A DNA stretch of 64,000 bases. It comes from Octopus sinensis. Its lineage: Eukaryota. Of the stretch, positions 49,300 to 60,660 are shown in pieces. Numbering within the stretch: the first letter of the stretch is position 1; the number at the start of each line of letters is the position of its first letter. The translations under genes were made by a program, and so were the position numbers. The notes under the pieces were generated by a model. It was not told where the DNA came from and made no database searches. It saw only the letters and a list, made by a program, of their open reading frames with translations. The stretch covers positions 236,012 through 300,011 of the forward strand of contig NW_021831041.1 in assembly GCF_006345805.1 (NCBI RefSeq), in the 5' to 3' direction.

Positions 49300-50700
49300 C
49301 TAATTCTTCTCTATTTTCCTCAATTTTCTTTCAACTATTAATTATTGTTGTTTCTTTAACTTCCATCCACGCTTTTCTAACAAGTACCATAATCTGTCGC
49401 ATATCTATATTTTTCAAAGATTTAGGATTAATTGTATCTTCTTTCAAATCGAACATAAAGTCCATTAAAAAGTTTGTGTAATATACTTTAAAACATTTTA
49501 TTATACCCATGTCTAGAGGTTGAATCAAAGATGTTGTGTTTTTTGGAAGAAAAAACAATTTAACATTTGAGTATTCCAATAAAGAATGGCATTTAGCATT
49601 ATCCATTATTAAAATTATTTTTCTATCTTGTGAGAGAAAGTCGTCGTTAATCTTTGATAGCCACATTTGGAAAATTTCTCTGTTCATCCAGGAATTTTTT
49701 GACGCAGCATATAAAATATCGAATTTTTCACAATCAAAATCTATGTTCAAATATAATTAAACCAACTTTTCATACAACGAGGTGATTTGTATTTTCCAAT
49801 AACAAGAGGTCTTAATTTTTTTCCTGCTCCATTATAGCAAAGGAGGACTGTTACTCTTTCTTTACTGAATTTTGTACCATGAAATGCTTCTATCGATTCG
49901 ACATAATATCTTGAAGGAAATTTTTTAACATACAAAGATGTTTCATCGCAATTAAAAATATTTTCATGACCATAGGTTTTCAATAAATTATCAAATTTTT
50001 TTTTATAAAGGAATAAGAAATCAATTAATCTAATGTATGTAAAGAAGAAGAACTGATGGCGATCCTGTTTCCCCTCACTATTGCTTGGGACACGTTCTGG
50101 AGGAGCCATCTCGTCTCCAGAGGATTGTGTTCTCAAGGTCTTGAGACGTCCAATACACTTGAGAAACCTCAACGAATTCTTCCCAATCGATCCCAGGGTT
50201 TCGACAGCAACCGGCCGGAAAACGTAACGATCGGTGAGCCCATCATATTTCTTCTTCTTGATGTCCTCTGCTTTATCCGCAGCTGTGCCAGCATTGCAGG
50301 CACTTTCCAACATGTTTGTCTTGGACAAGGAGTCGGAACATGTTAAAAAAATTATCAAATTGAAAGAAAAAATTTGGCAAATTACTTTTGTCTGCTGAAT
50401 TTTTTTCACCAGAAATAGTTTTAAAAACCAGATCATGTCTCTTCTTAAATCTGTCCAGCCAACCGTTTGAGGCTTTAAAAGGTGTTCGAGAATCCAATTT
50501 TGTCGATATTTTTTTCGCGATGGCTTTGATTAATGTACCCGAAATATTAAAGGAATCTTCCCTCAATCGACGAAAAGCATTAAAAGTTAATTCGTCAAGT
50601 TTTTCAAATTGATTTGTTTCATTAGAAGCTTGTTCAACTTCATCTATTTGAACTAATCTTGAAATGACTGATCCGGTATTAATGAAAGAAGAAATGTTTT
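49300..50700 (-). mobile_element. pogo-type DD29D transposase remnant interrupted by a CRE 3' fragment (~50035-50340)
   Basis: ASNGWLDRFKKRH, NCDETSLY, KERVTVLLC, SWMNREIFQMWL and IMDNAKCH..QPLDMG (29 residues D2-D3). Confidence 0.85.
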
Positions 50701-50789
50701 TTTTATTCGGGAAATAGTGCTTTTTTAGTTTTTAGGTTAATAAAGTTAAAGTTTTTAGGTTAAAATTTTTATTTTTCAGGTTAAAAAAA

Positions 50790-51250
50790 ATCGCCCTACT
50801 TATGAAGCACGTAAGGATAACAAAAAAACAATTGAAAAACATAGTTTTCAAAGAAAGCTCGAAGTTTTTAACTATAAAAAAATTTAAAAACATTACAAAA
50901 TCTTAATTGAGTAAAGTATTTAACATGTCAATAGGGACAATAAACAAAATTCTAAGAAATGAATCCTAAGAGAATTCCCTCGAAGTTTCCCTTAATTAAT
51001 ATACAGCTTTATTTACAGATTCAGAATAAAAGATCATTCGCAAGACTTTTTATCGAAAATGTCATCTGTTTTATGATTTCAAAGATGTGTTTAACTGTGA
51101 CGAAACCGCATTGCTTTTTTAAATGCATGTCACGTAAGAGACTACGTTGACACTACAATCCGAAGTAAGATGATCGGAAAAGGTTTATAAGGACAGAATT
51201 ACACTTATTTGGTTTACAAAGCAGGACACTCGGGATGACTACAATTAGGA
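50790..51250 (+). mobile_element. Decayed pogo-like transposase fragment
   Basis: HTH-like MSIGTINKILRN and DVFNCDETALLFKCM. Duplicate at ~62350-62800. Confidence 0.55.
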
Positions 51251-51498
51251 AGGACTTTCCGGTTTCAGATGATAATGAAAATTGTACTTATAAAATTTGC
51301 AACAACAATGATGAATAATTTTTGGGAACAATTGAGTCCTGTCAAGATAAGGATCAAGAGAATAAAAATGATGAAGATATAGAGAAAATTGGTTTTGTGA
51401 TGCAATGTGTGCAATTGAGACTATGGAAAATTCATTCTACAAAATTCACCTTCAAATATACCAATTATGGGTAACTACGAGATGAAATAAGATATATA

Positions 51499-52137
51499 CA
51501 GTGGGCCCAAAAAGTCATGGCACCACTTAATAAATTTTAGTATTTTACGTTTTTACCCATAAAATATGAAGTATTTTGACTTTTAATTATTTTTTTGAAA
51601 AATTAAAAAGATTCTGATTTAGAAAATAATTTTAAATGCTTAAAATATTGATAATTGACAAAGAAAAAACAACTTTTTTTAATTTTTAGCGTTATTGAAG
51701 GGTCAAAAAGTGTTGGCACTTTTATATCTACAGTTTTACTTTAAGTGCATATGATAAGAGAATGTCATTCTGTCAGATTATTTCTTTCAAGTTTTCTTTA
51801 CAAAAGCTTTGTTATCACTTAATAACGCATTATCAATATTGATATTACGAAAACAGCCGTTTTTAGCACTACTTTATGGGAAATCGGAAGGAATATTCTT
51901 TTGAGCTAAAACAGATTATCGTCAAGTCCATCCAAGAAAAAAAAAGTTACAACCAAATTTCCAGACAATTCAATATTCCGAAAAGTTCAGTACCGTTGGA
52001 AAGAACGAGGAAATGTTTGCAATAAATCGAGGTCTGGTGCACCTAAAAAGATATCGAGCCGTTCTCTTTCAATGATAAAAAGGAGTGTGGCAAATGATCC
52101 CAGAATTATTAGAAGCAAGCTGGTAGATGATTTAGAG
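51499..52137 (+). mobile_element. Left arm of the DD34E Tc1 family
   Basis: TA|CAGTGGGCCCAAAAAGTCATGGCACC start, IR complementary to 43710-43937, and sequence matching 41157-41560. Duplicate at 63058-63700. Confidence 0.88.
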
Positions 52138-52221
52138 ACTTCCCTCAATCGACGAAAAGCATTAAAAGTTAATTCGTCAAGTTTTTCAAATTGATTTGTT
52201 TCATTAGAAGCTTGTTCAACT

Positions 52222-52490
52222 TCTACATCCAATCCGTTTTACTGAAAAGAACGCTCGAGAGTATGATGATCGAACACAAGCGCGGAATGAAGGTATCTGG
52301 TGAAGATTACGCTTCTGCTTGCAACCGGTATGTGGAGATGGCATGCAAAAATGAAGACGACCCAATGAATTCTAAAGAGGATGCAATGGTTAAATCAGAT
52401 GTGGTAATGAGGAGTAAAAGGCAGCTGGAAGTAGGCTCTTCTTCCAAGAGAAGGAAATATCAGCTGGTGGATATCAGCGGGCTGGAGTGA
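52222..52490 (+). other. 3' part of the orphan NLS-bearing ORF family
   Basis: IQSVLLKRTLESMMIEHKRGMKVSGEDYASACNRYVEMAC..SSSKRRKYQLVDISGLE*. Homologous to 27.8-28.05 kb; duplicate at 63782-64000. Confidence 0.65.
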
Positions 52491-52570
52491 GATCTGCTTA
52501 GTTTCTGATTAACTATTAATTTATTAGTGTTTGACTTGTTTTAAAAAATTTTTTTAGTATTAATTTGTTA

Positions 52571-52634
52571 AGTAGTTGCCACAGTAACACGTAAAGAACA
52601 GGTTGCCCATAGGGGCCTGATTACCCATGTCACA
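52571..52634. mobile_element. Solitary right TIR of the Ginger-like family seen at 33811-34717
   Basis: ACACGTAAAGAACAGGTTGCCCATAGGGGCCTGATTACCCATGTCACA is a close reverse complement of 33811-33870. Confidence 0.8.
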
Positions 52635-52959
52635 AAATATAATATTTTTTTAAAAAACTAAAAAATACTTTATTTAATGTTTTAAATCAATAGAAGTTAT
52701 TTTTAGATATTTTTTCATAGTAAATTCGTGAGAAAATGTTTTTTCAGTTTTTATTTTTGTTCACTGTATATATTTACTATTTTTTGGGATAATTTAGCAT
52801 AATAAGTAAATTATATTGGACAGGTAAAATATTTTGCCAATGATAAAATAACACAGTATTGTGATATTTTATCTGAAATTACTTTTAAACGTGAAAAATT
52901 TTTTTTTTTTTGGATAAACATTTATTTTTATGAAACGTTAAACTAATGTATGTAAAGCA

Positions 52960-53308
52960 GAAGAACTGATGGCGATCCAGTTTCCCCTCACTATTGCTTG
53001 GGACACGTTCTGGAGGAGCCATCTCGTCTCCAGAGGATTGTGCGTTCTCAGGGTCTTGAGACGTCCAATACACATGAGGAAGCGCAACGACTCCTTCCCA
53101 ATCGATCCAGGGTTTCGACAGCAACCGGCCGGAAAACGAAACGATCGTTGAGCCCATCATATTTCCTCTTCTTGATGTCCTCTGCTTTATCCGCAGCTGT
53201 GCCGGCATTGCAGGCACTTTCCAACATATTTGTCTTGGACAAGGAGTCGGAACATGTTGAATCCCATACGAGAGGCTTTCCTTCCAAGAACGGAAAGATA
53301 GTCATCCG
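52960..53308 (-). mobile_element. CRE-clade RLE 3' half
   Basis: MTIFPFLEGKPLVWDSTCSDSLS..KRKYDGL..FRPVAVET..ERVSQAIVRGN. Confidence 0.88.
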
Positions 53309-53429
53309 TAAATTGTATTTGAAATTATTTCGAAATAGGTTAAAGGAACTTAACTTAACCGTTGATCTAATTTACTTCGAAAACAACATTACAAAATAAC
53401 AGTGCATTATTCAAATAATTAATTTAGAG

Positions 53430-53516
53430 TTAAGAAGTTGGTTTAGGAGTTTCTGTAGTCTTTCGAATCATAAATCCGCCAGATGAAATAATAGCTTTCT
53501 GAGTTAACTCTTTTTA
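53430..53516 (-). pseudogene. Partial duplicate of the H2A variant C-terminus
   Basis: [27 protein letters not shown] plus ~120 bp of 3' flank, near-identical to 54772-54980. Confidence 0.85.
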
Positions 53517-53859
53517 TTCTGTCGATTGCTGTGATCCGAGGGAACGGCTTCGCCATTCGAGAGGCTGGCCGGGTGTCTCATGAGGCCAGTAATTAGCTTA
53601 GCTATCTTTTCACTTCCATTCACTATTCATAAAGTTGTAAAAAAAATTACCCACATATCTTAACATTTAGAAACTTCCCAAAATTGCATAATATATTACG
53701 CAATTTATTACATAATTTTAAGTACTGCTATATCGTAACAATTCGGGACCTCCCTAAATTGCATAATATATTACACAATTCATTATATAATCTCAACTAC
53801 ACCCACCTCACTTTTAGTAAATTACCAAATTGCATAATATATTACCTAATCTCTCTTGC

Positions 53860-54772
53860 CCATTGACAGATAGTGGAATCAAGGACGCTCTTGAAACTAA
53901 GGAAATGCTACTGGAAAGAATTTTTGTTCGTCTTAATTTGTTGGACCCACATACAGCCTTCTTCTTGCTCAAAAATGCCCTTGGCATCCAAAAATTAAAT
54001 CATGTGCTACGAGGGTCACCCTGTTTCTTAGAAAATGATCAACTTCATTCTATTAATGTCCTTTTCCGGAAAACAACCGAACGCATCATAAACATCAAAT
54101 TCGACGATCAAGGCTGGAAACAAGTTTCCCTTCCTGTCTCCTTTGGAGGTCTTGGCATCCGAACTCCTATCGATGTGTCCCGCCCCGCATTCCTGTCTTC
54201 ACTGTACAGCAGTCAAACTCTGGTTTGGAAGATTCTCCATCTCCTCCCCGAATCTTCATTACCTAAGATGACTGCCTACTTTGACAGTTGGAGCGCAAAC
54301 GAATCGAAGCTGCCGTCAGACTTCTCCTTGCAGAAGAGTTATGAAAAGATTGTGTGCGAAGGTCGGTTCGAGAGTCTCCTAAAGACATCGAATCAACACC
54401 GTAGAGCATGCTTGCTTGCCGGGAGGTCCACGGGGAGTGGAGAATGGTTAGAAGCCTTCCCGATCGGAAGCTTGGGGACTCTCTTGGATTCTGACACACT
54501 GCGAGTTGGTATCTGTCTACGTATCGGTCTCAAAGTTTGTGAACCACACAAATGCCGCTGTGGTGCATCGATTGATCAATTTAGACTCCACCCTCTTTCC
54601 TGTCGAAAAAGCGCTGGTAGATTCCCGAGGCATTCAGCTCTCAACGACGTTATAAGAAGAGCTCTCGATTCAATCGGATTCCCATCAGTGCTGGAACCAC
54701 CTGGATTGGACAGAGGAGATGGAAAACGTCCAGACGGGATGACTATCTTTCCGTTTTTGGAAGGAAAAAGTG
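53860..54772 (+). mobile_element. CRE-clade fragment (post-RT thumb, CCHC knuckle, start of RLE)
   Basis: LPVSFGGLGIR, CEPHKCRCG..HPLSCRKSAGRFPRHSALND, EPPGLDRGDGKRPDGMTIFPF. Confidence 0.9.
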
Positions 54773-54894
54773 TAAATTGTATTTGAAATTATTTCGAAAT
54801 AGGTTAAAGGAACTTAACTTAACCGGTTGATCTAATGTACTTCGAAAACAGTATTACAAAATAACAGTGCATTATTCAAATAATTAATTTAAAG

Positions 54895-55254
54895 TTAAGA
54901 AGTTGGTTTAGGAGTTTCTGTAGTCTTGCGAATCATAAATCCGCCAGATGAAATAATAGCTTTCTGAGTTAACTCTTTTAATTCGTCGTCATTTCCAATT
55001 GCAACGACAATGTGACGTGGTTTAATTCTTCTTTTTCCACATTTTACCGCTGTATTTCCAGCAAGTTCAAGCATTTCAGCCACAGCATATTCCAATACTG
55101 CGCACATATATACTGCGGCAGGAATTCCTACTCGCATTCGGGTTTCATGACGGAGACACCGGTGAATGCGTCCAACTGGAAACTGTAACCCGGCCCGAAT
55201 GGATTTGCTTTTAGCCTTTGACCGTACTTTTCCTCCTTTTCCTCTTGAAGACAT
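54895..55254 (-). CDS. H2A: Divergent histone H2A variant (119 aa, intronless)
   Basis: [35 protein letters not shown] and NDDEL histone-fold signature in an intact ORF. Confidence 0.92.
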   Translation of the reverse strand: MSSRGKGGKVRSKAKSKSIRAGLQFPVGRIHRCLRHETRMRVGIPAAVYMCAVLEYAVAEMLELAGNTAVKCGKRRIKPRHIVVAIGNDDELKELTQKAIISSGGFMIRKTTETPKPTS

Positions 55255-55559
55255 TATATTGTAATCTGCTAACTATTTTTTGTTTACATAGTAAAAAAAA
55301 TGACATTCCAAAATATTTTCGAAATTTTTTTTCGGAATCTTTCACTCTCAAAGTTGATTTTCAAATATAGAAGTCCCAGTTCCAGCTATCGAAACCGACT
55401 TCCATTTGATATCTAGGGAGTAATAGCCATTCAAGACAAGACAAGTTTTATTTCCCAACAAACCCATAAATTAAAGTTAGGAAGAAGGCCAAGAGCAGAA
55501 CAAGAAACTAATTAAAGTGGGTTTGATTTCATTATATAGGGTCATTTTATGAGTTGATA

Positions 55560-55950
55560 CATTTTCCAATCAAAAAAGTATGCTTTTCTGTTACTAAAAA
55601 TCTTCACTATAATTTGTCATTCTGTAAGCAAGTCTTCTAGTCTCCTTAGAAATCCCCAACATATTTAGTGATTAGAGACCATCTTTTCTGAGAAAAAGCA
55701 GCTTGTCTCGACCTGGATGTCCATTTTTTAAATAGAGATTTTCAATAAAAAGTTTCTTTTCTTCTACTTCCTCGAGAACAAAGGTACGTAGTAAGATTCC
55801 CAAAGTTTTGAAGTAAAGAATGTAATTTTTGGAGTCAGACAATCTAAATAACGATGCCGTTCTCCTAAAATTTGACTCATTCTGATTCTGAATCACTTCA
55901 TCTGGCATTTCACCATCCTTAAGAAAGTATAAAAGGGCAAATATTAAAAA
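55560..55950 (-). mobile_element. Integrase zinc-binding-domain remnant (Ginger/GIN-like)
   Basis: FRRTASLFRL..KKLFIENLYLKNGHPGRDK resembles the region preceding the H2C2 motif of Gypsy-type integrases. Confidence 0.5.
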
Positions 55951-56799
55951 ATTTTAATAGAAATTGATTTGAAAGGAATAAATCGAAATAAAATATAAAA
56001 ATGATGAAATTTAAAACTGTATAATGACAAAATTAAAGTTCATAAGAATTATTCCTTCATAATCAATTGAAATAAACCAATATAGAAAAACATAAAAACG
56101 ACAACAAACTAAATCAACTACGTGTATCAGCGCGAATGAGGTTTCGTTTTAGCGTCGCAACGGCACGCCGTTTACGGCGAAATCGATATTGCGTATCAAC
56201 GGCGTTAACGGCAATTCGATTTTGCGCGATCGTTCTCAGCCTGCAATCACTCTCAACCGGTGACAATTATTAAGGTAATTGTCAAAATTAACGTAGATTA
56301 ATTAAGCAGACCGGAAGCCGACGCGATCGAGAAATATCCGCTCGAAAAACCATCTCGATTTGCGAGCGTCGCCTGTGAGAGCGGACATGCGGGACCCGAT
56401 CTCCCGAACGAAGCTGATTGGCTTACCGCCCAAGGAACCGGAAGTCTCAACCGCGAATGGAAGGAATTGGAACTTCTCAAAAAGTGAGAAGTACTTCCGC
56501 ATCTTTTTGCATTCCTCGGTTGTGGCGATAGATCCAGGGGCGGATGCGGACATCAGCAGGTTCTGAGCCGAGAAAGAGTTCATACACGTGGCATCCCAGG
56601 TAAGAGGCTTCTCCCTGTTGAAGGGAAACACAGTGATCCCGTCAGGCCTTTTCCCGTGCCCCGATCGATCCCAGTGGGTTCAAGCAAGGAGGGGATTCCG
56701 GCGACTTCTAGGGCTCTCCTGATAAGGTCGTTAAGAGCCGTGTGCCGCGGGATACGGCCAGCACTGCGTCTACACAATAAAGCGTGCAGTCCAAAGCGA

Positions 56800-57240
56800 T
56801 ATTTTTTGTGTCATAGATATTTTTTTGTATATTTGATTTCCATAATACCAATTTTTTCATAAATGCTTTTATTTTGTCCTTTTGAGAGAATAAATGTAGT
56901 TGTGGTCCCTGCATGATTTATTCAATATACTCAATTTCCCAAAAATGTCAACTAAATAGCAAATTTGACAATAAAGTCATCATCCCTGAACAACTTTGCA
57001 TCTTCAATATCATTTTCATCAAGAAAATCTGCAACTTGATCTTTGAGTTCAAACACCCTTCTAATCACTTTTGCACGAGATAGCCAGCGTACCTCACAAT
57101 AGTATAAAAGCGATGTATATTTTGAATCCATATCTTCACACAGCTTTGCAAAAAGCTTAGCTCTTAAAGGACTGTGTTTTATGTAGTTTATAACTTTGTA
57201 ATTTGCGCAAAAATCGTTCAGTTCTGGACTCATATTCTTT
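56800..57240 (-). mobile_element. hAT/Buster transposase fragment (second family)
   Basis: INYIKHSPLRAKLFAKLCEDM..LLYYCEVRWLSRAKVIRRVFELK. Confidence 0.88.
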
Positions 57241-58110
57241 GAGACAAGTGCATAGAATCAACAAAGATACGTGTGAATCCTAACAATAAGTAGATGGAAA
57301 GTATTTTCTTGTCTTTGGAGTGGTATTGATTATTTCAATCATTTTGATTTTTTGAACCATCGTCAAATCTTTATTATTCGTGAATTTTCTTTTGCAACCA
57401 CTCAAGAATTATCCATGTGTTAAATTATTTAATTGTCTAATAAATTAGCTATCTGTAATTTTTGTCTTGTTTGTATAAATTAAATTTATTTAAAAAAATA
57501 AAAAAAAAAAAAAAAAATAAATTAAATAAATTTTTGAAAAAATATAATTTTTAAATTAATAACTCTTATTATCGGAATATAGTCACGTTTTTTACATAGA
57601 TATAATTTTCTAAAAAATGTTTCTGAAATACTTTTCGCGCCTCCCTTGACACGAGTCAACGCCTCCCTAGGGAGGCGCGCCTCCCCATTTGGAAACCTCT
57701 GATTAAATCAATAGAGAAAATTAGTGAGAAGGTTGATATTGTTTTTTCGAGGCAATTTTTTCAATAAGAGGCTCGGTTGTCGACAAGCAAACCCTGATGT
57801 CATCTTCAATATTCAGTCTTGCGCGATGATTATTTTTTATATTGAGAAGTGCTGAGAAGCCATGTTCGCATAAATATGTTGTCGGGAATATAAGCAACAA
57901 ATTTAATGCATTTGCGCTTACGGAAGGATAATGCTTACACATTTCGCACCAAAATCTTGATAAAGCAAGTTTTTCATACAAATCTTTTGCGTTTGAATTA
58001 TTGATTATGTCAATAAAAGCCTCTTCGATATTTTCATCGACCAAACGTGGATCAACACTGAATGGTGTACGAATGAATTTCAAATCAATTTCGCTCAATT
58101 CTGGAAAGTA

Positions 58111-60660
58111 CAGTAAACATCGGTTAATTGCATATCGGTTAATTGCATAAATCGGTTAATGGCATAAATTCATGTTTAAAACCATAACTTATATGATTTT
58201 CATTGAAAAAATATCGGCTAATTGCACATCGGTTAATTGCATAAATCGGTTAATTGCATACTCTCATTGGGAACATTTACTATTTTTTCTTATAAAAATT
58301 TCCGCATAATTGCATAATTATAATTTGTAATTTTAAAATTTAATTATTATTACACATGTCATCTTCGTTACGTCGTGATCGTACACTTTCTCAAAAATTG
58401 GAAATAATCTGTCGCGACCCACGCTGGCGACCATCCCACGCTGGCGACCATCAGTTTGACAGGTTATGACCTTCAGTTTGACAGGTGATATAAACCGGAA
58501 AAAATTCATTTTAAGAAATGGTTTAGCGTCATTTTACAAAAAAAATATGGTTTCTCTCAAAAGATGTTAGCATGAAAAAAGCGACTCAATTTATCATTAT
58601 TAATGATCGGCATATTTGCGACTCCTAACTCATAGTCTTTATCTAAAGGACGAGAATAACCAAAAACACAAATTGGTCATTTGTCTGGACAATGAAATGG
58701 AGATGAGGACACTAGCATTCGCCATTCACCAAGAATCCTAATGGGGAATACGAAAGCTTCAGAAAAAGTGCAGTGAATTCTATTTAACTGTAAAACGTCC
58801 AATCATCGAACAAATTATAAAAGACTGCGAAATTTGTAAATTTGCCCTACGATTGAAAGTATTTTAAAAAAATACCTAGGTGTCGGATTCTAATTAACTG
58901 CAGGAAAACCCAATGAAAGATTCCAGGCGGATCTTATTGTTGTTAGAAGATATAAAGATTTTAACGATGGATCTAATTGGATACTGACAATTATTGACAT
59001 CTACAGCAAATTTGTTGTCTGCAAATCTTTAAAAATAAAACTGCTTCTGGTAAGACTTGAAATTTAATTGAAGAAGTGGTGAATAAATTCCAAAAATTGT
59101 TTTATCAAATGGATATTGTCAGATCTTGCAAACGGACAACGGGTTGGAATTCAAAAACCAACTTATGGCTCAACTATGCGAGGAATAAATTTGAAATAAA
59201 TTAGGGTGTAATTGAGCGCTTTAACTAAATATTGCCACGTGGTATGGCAAAACTGATGGATAAAGAAGGAACTAAAAATTGGAAACAATACGGCAGACAT
59301 ATTACGAACAAATTTCGACCTCTCTAAAAATCAAATTATACAACATGCTACTGAAACCGGTCTTATTGTACAATTTCTCTAGATAAAAAAATACGTAAAA
59401 ATTGGAAACAATTTTTAGACAAAGTAACTTTTTCCTATAATACGACACACCACTCGGCGATCCCAGGTTATAATCTTATTTATAATTTAGATGAAAATAA
59501 CGAGGCATCGTTTGTCGAAGATGAACTTAATGGTAAATTTACGATGTATTTATTTTTAGAAATGAATAATAAAAGATTGTGGGACGAATCCGTGATGAAT
59601 CTCCATATGAAAAAAAGGGAAAAGTAAAAAATATAATGTCTAAATACAGATTAATGGTTAGTTGTCTTTCCTAACAAACATTTAGTTCGAATTACGAAAT
59701 AGTTACTATGAATAGAGATAAAAAATGTTAAGTTTTTTGATTTTTTAGCAATTATCTTTAGTCAGTAATTAGTGTCAAACTATGTAGGTCTCCCTGTCAA
59801 TCTTGTCAACAATGAAGGTCGCTCTGGTCGCCAGCGTGGGATGGTCGCCAGCGTGGGTCGCGACATAATCAATTTGTTTATTCAAGGAGGTCAAACTCAA
59901 TCAGCTCTATCTGCAAGATTCAACTGTTCTCAGTCTCAAGTCTCACGGATTTCGAAGAATAGAGAAGAAACTGCATTGTCCGTTTGGTTTGCTCAAACCA
60001 GGACCAAAAATGTACCAATAAATGGTAACATACTAACCCACAAAGCTACTAGCTTTGCTAAAACAATGAAAATGGATGACTTTATTCCTACTTCAGGTTG
60101 GCTTCAGCGTTGGAAAGAAAGAAACAACATATCATTTAAACGCATTTATGGGGAGAAAAAAGATTCCGATATAAATGCTGCTGAATACTGGTGCCATGCT
60201 CAAAATGGCTTGGAGGGAAGTCAAAATAGCAACAATTTACAACTGTTTTCGTAAGGCTGGATTCCATGAGGAAGTGGGGGAAAATATGTTTAGTGACATT
60301 GAATGTGACGAAATAACGATGGATGTTGCTAATGAGGATGAAGAATGTATCGGAATCATGTCCGATGAAGAAATATGTTTAATGTCAAGAGATATTTCTT
60401 GTGAAGACGATGAGGACGATGAAGATCCCATACCCGTGAAAACAACCAGTTCGGAAGCTATGGGTGCATGCAGATTAATACGCCAGTTTCTTACTAACAG
60501 CGATTTAACAAGTGAAATGGATATGGACAACTTCTATGAATTAGAAAAAAGCGTCCTACGCCTTTGCCAGAAGACTAGACAGTCCAAAATAAATGATTTT
60601 TTTAAACGTTTTTGATTATTTTCTTTTCTTGACTATTAACAAAATTATTGATTTTTATTA
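58111..60660 (+). mobile_element. Second Tigger copy, interrupted by a Ginger-like element and lacking the right TIR
   Basis: Near-identical to 46017-47170 apart from the 58410-59865 insertion and a small deletion. Confidence 0.9.
58410..59865 (+). mobile_element. Ginger-like (Ginger2/TDD-type) DNA transposon with decayed Gypsy-like integrase
   Basis: Perfect 41-bp TIRs TGTCGCGACCCACGCTGGCGACCATCCCACGCTGGCGACCA and 5-bp TSD TAATC (58405-9 / 59866-70); empty site at ~46296. Remnants IIKDCEIC, PNERFQADL..WILTIIDIYSKF and LQTDNGLEFKN. Confidence 0.9.

Noticed and set aside
54780-54894. Histone 3' stem-loop downstream of H2A
   Set aside because: No GGYYYTTYHARRRCC-type hairpin was found on the minus strand after the stop codon.
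57630-57700. GC-rich palindromes as an ncRNA
   Set aside because: GCGCCTCCC repeats end in TTTGGAAACCTCTG, a hAT-type terminus, and are best explained as subterminal transposase-binding repeats.
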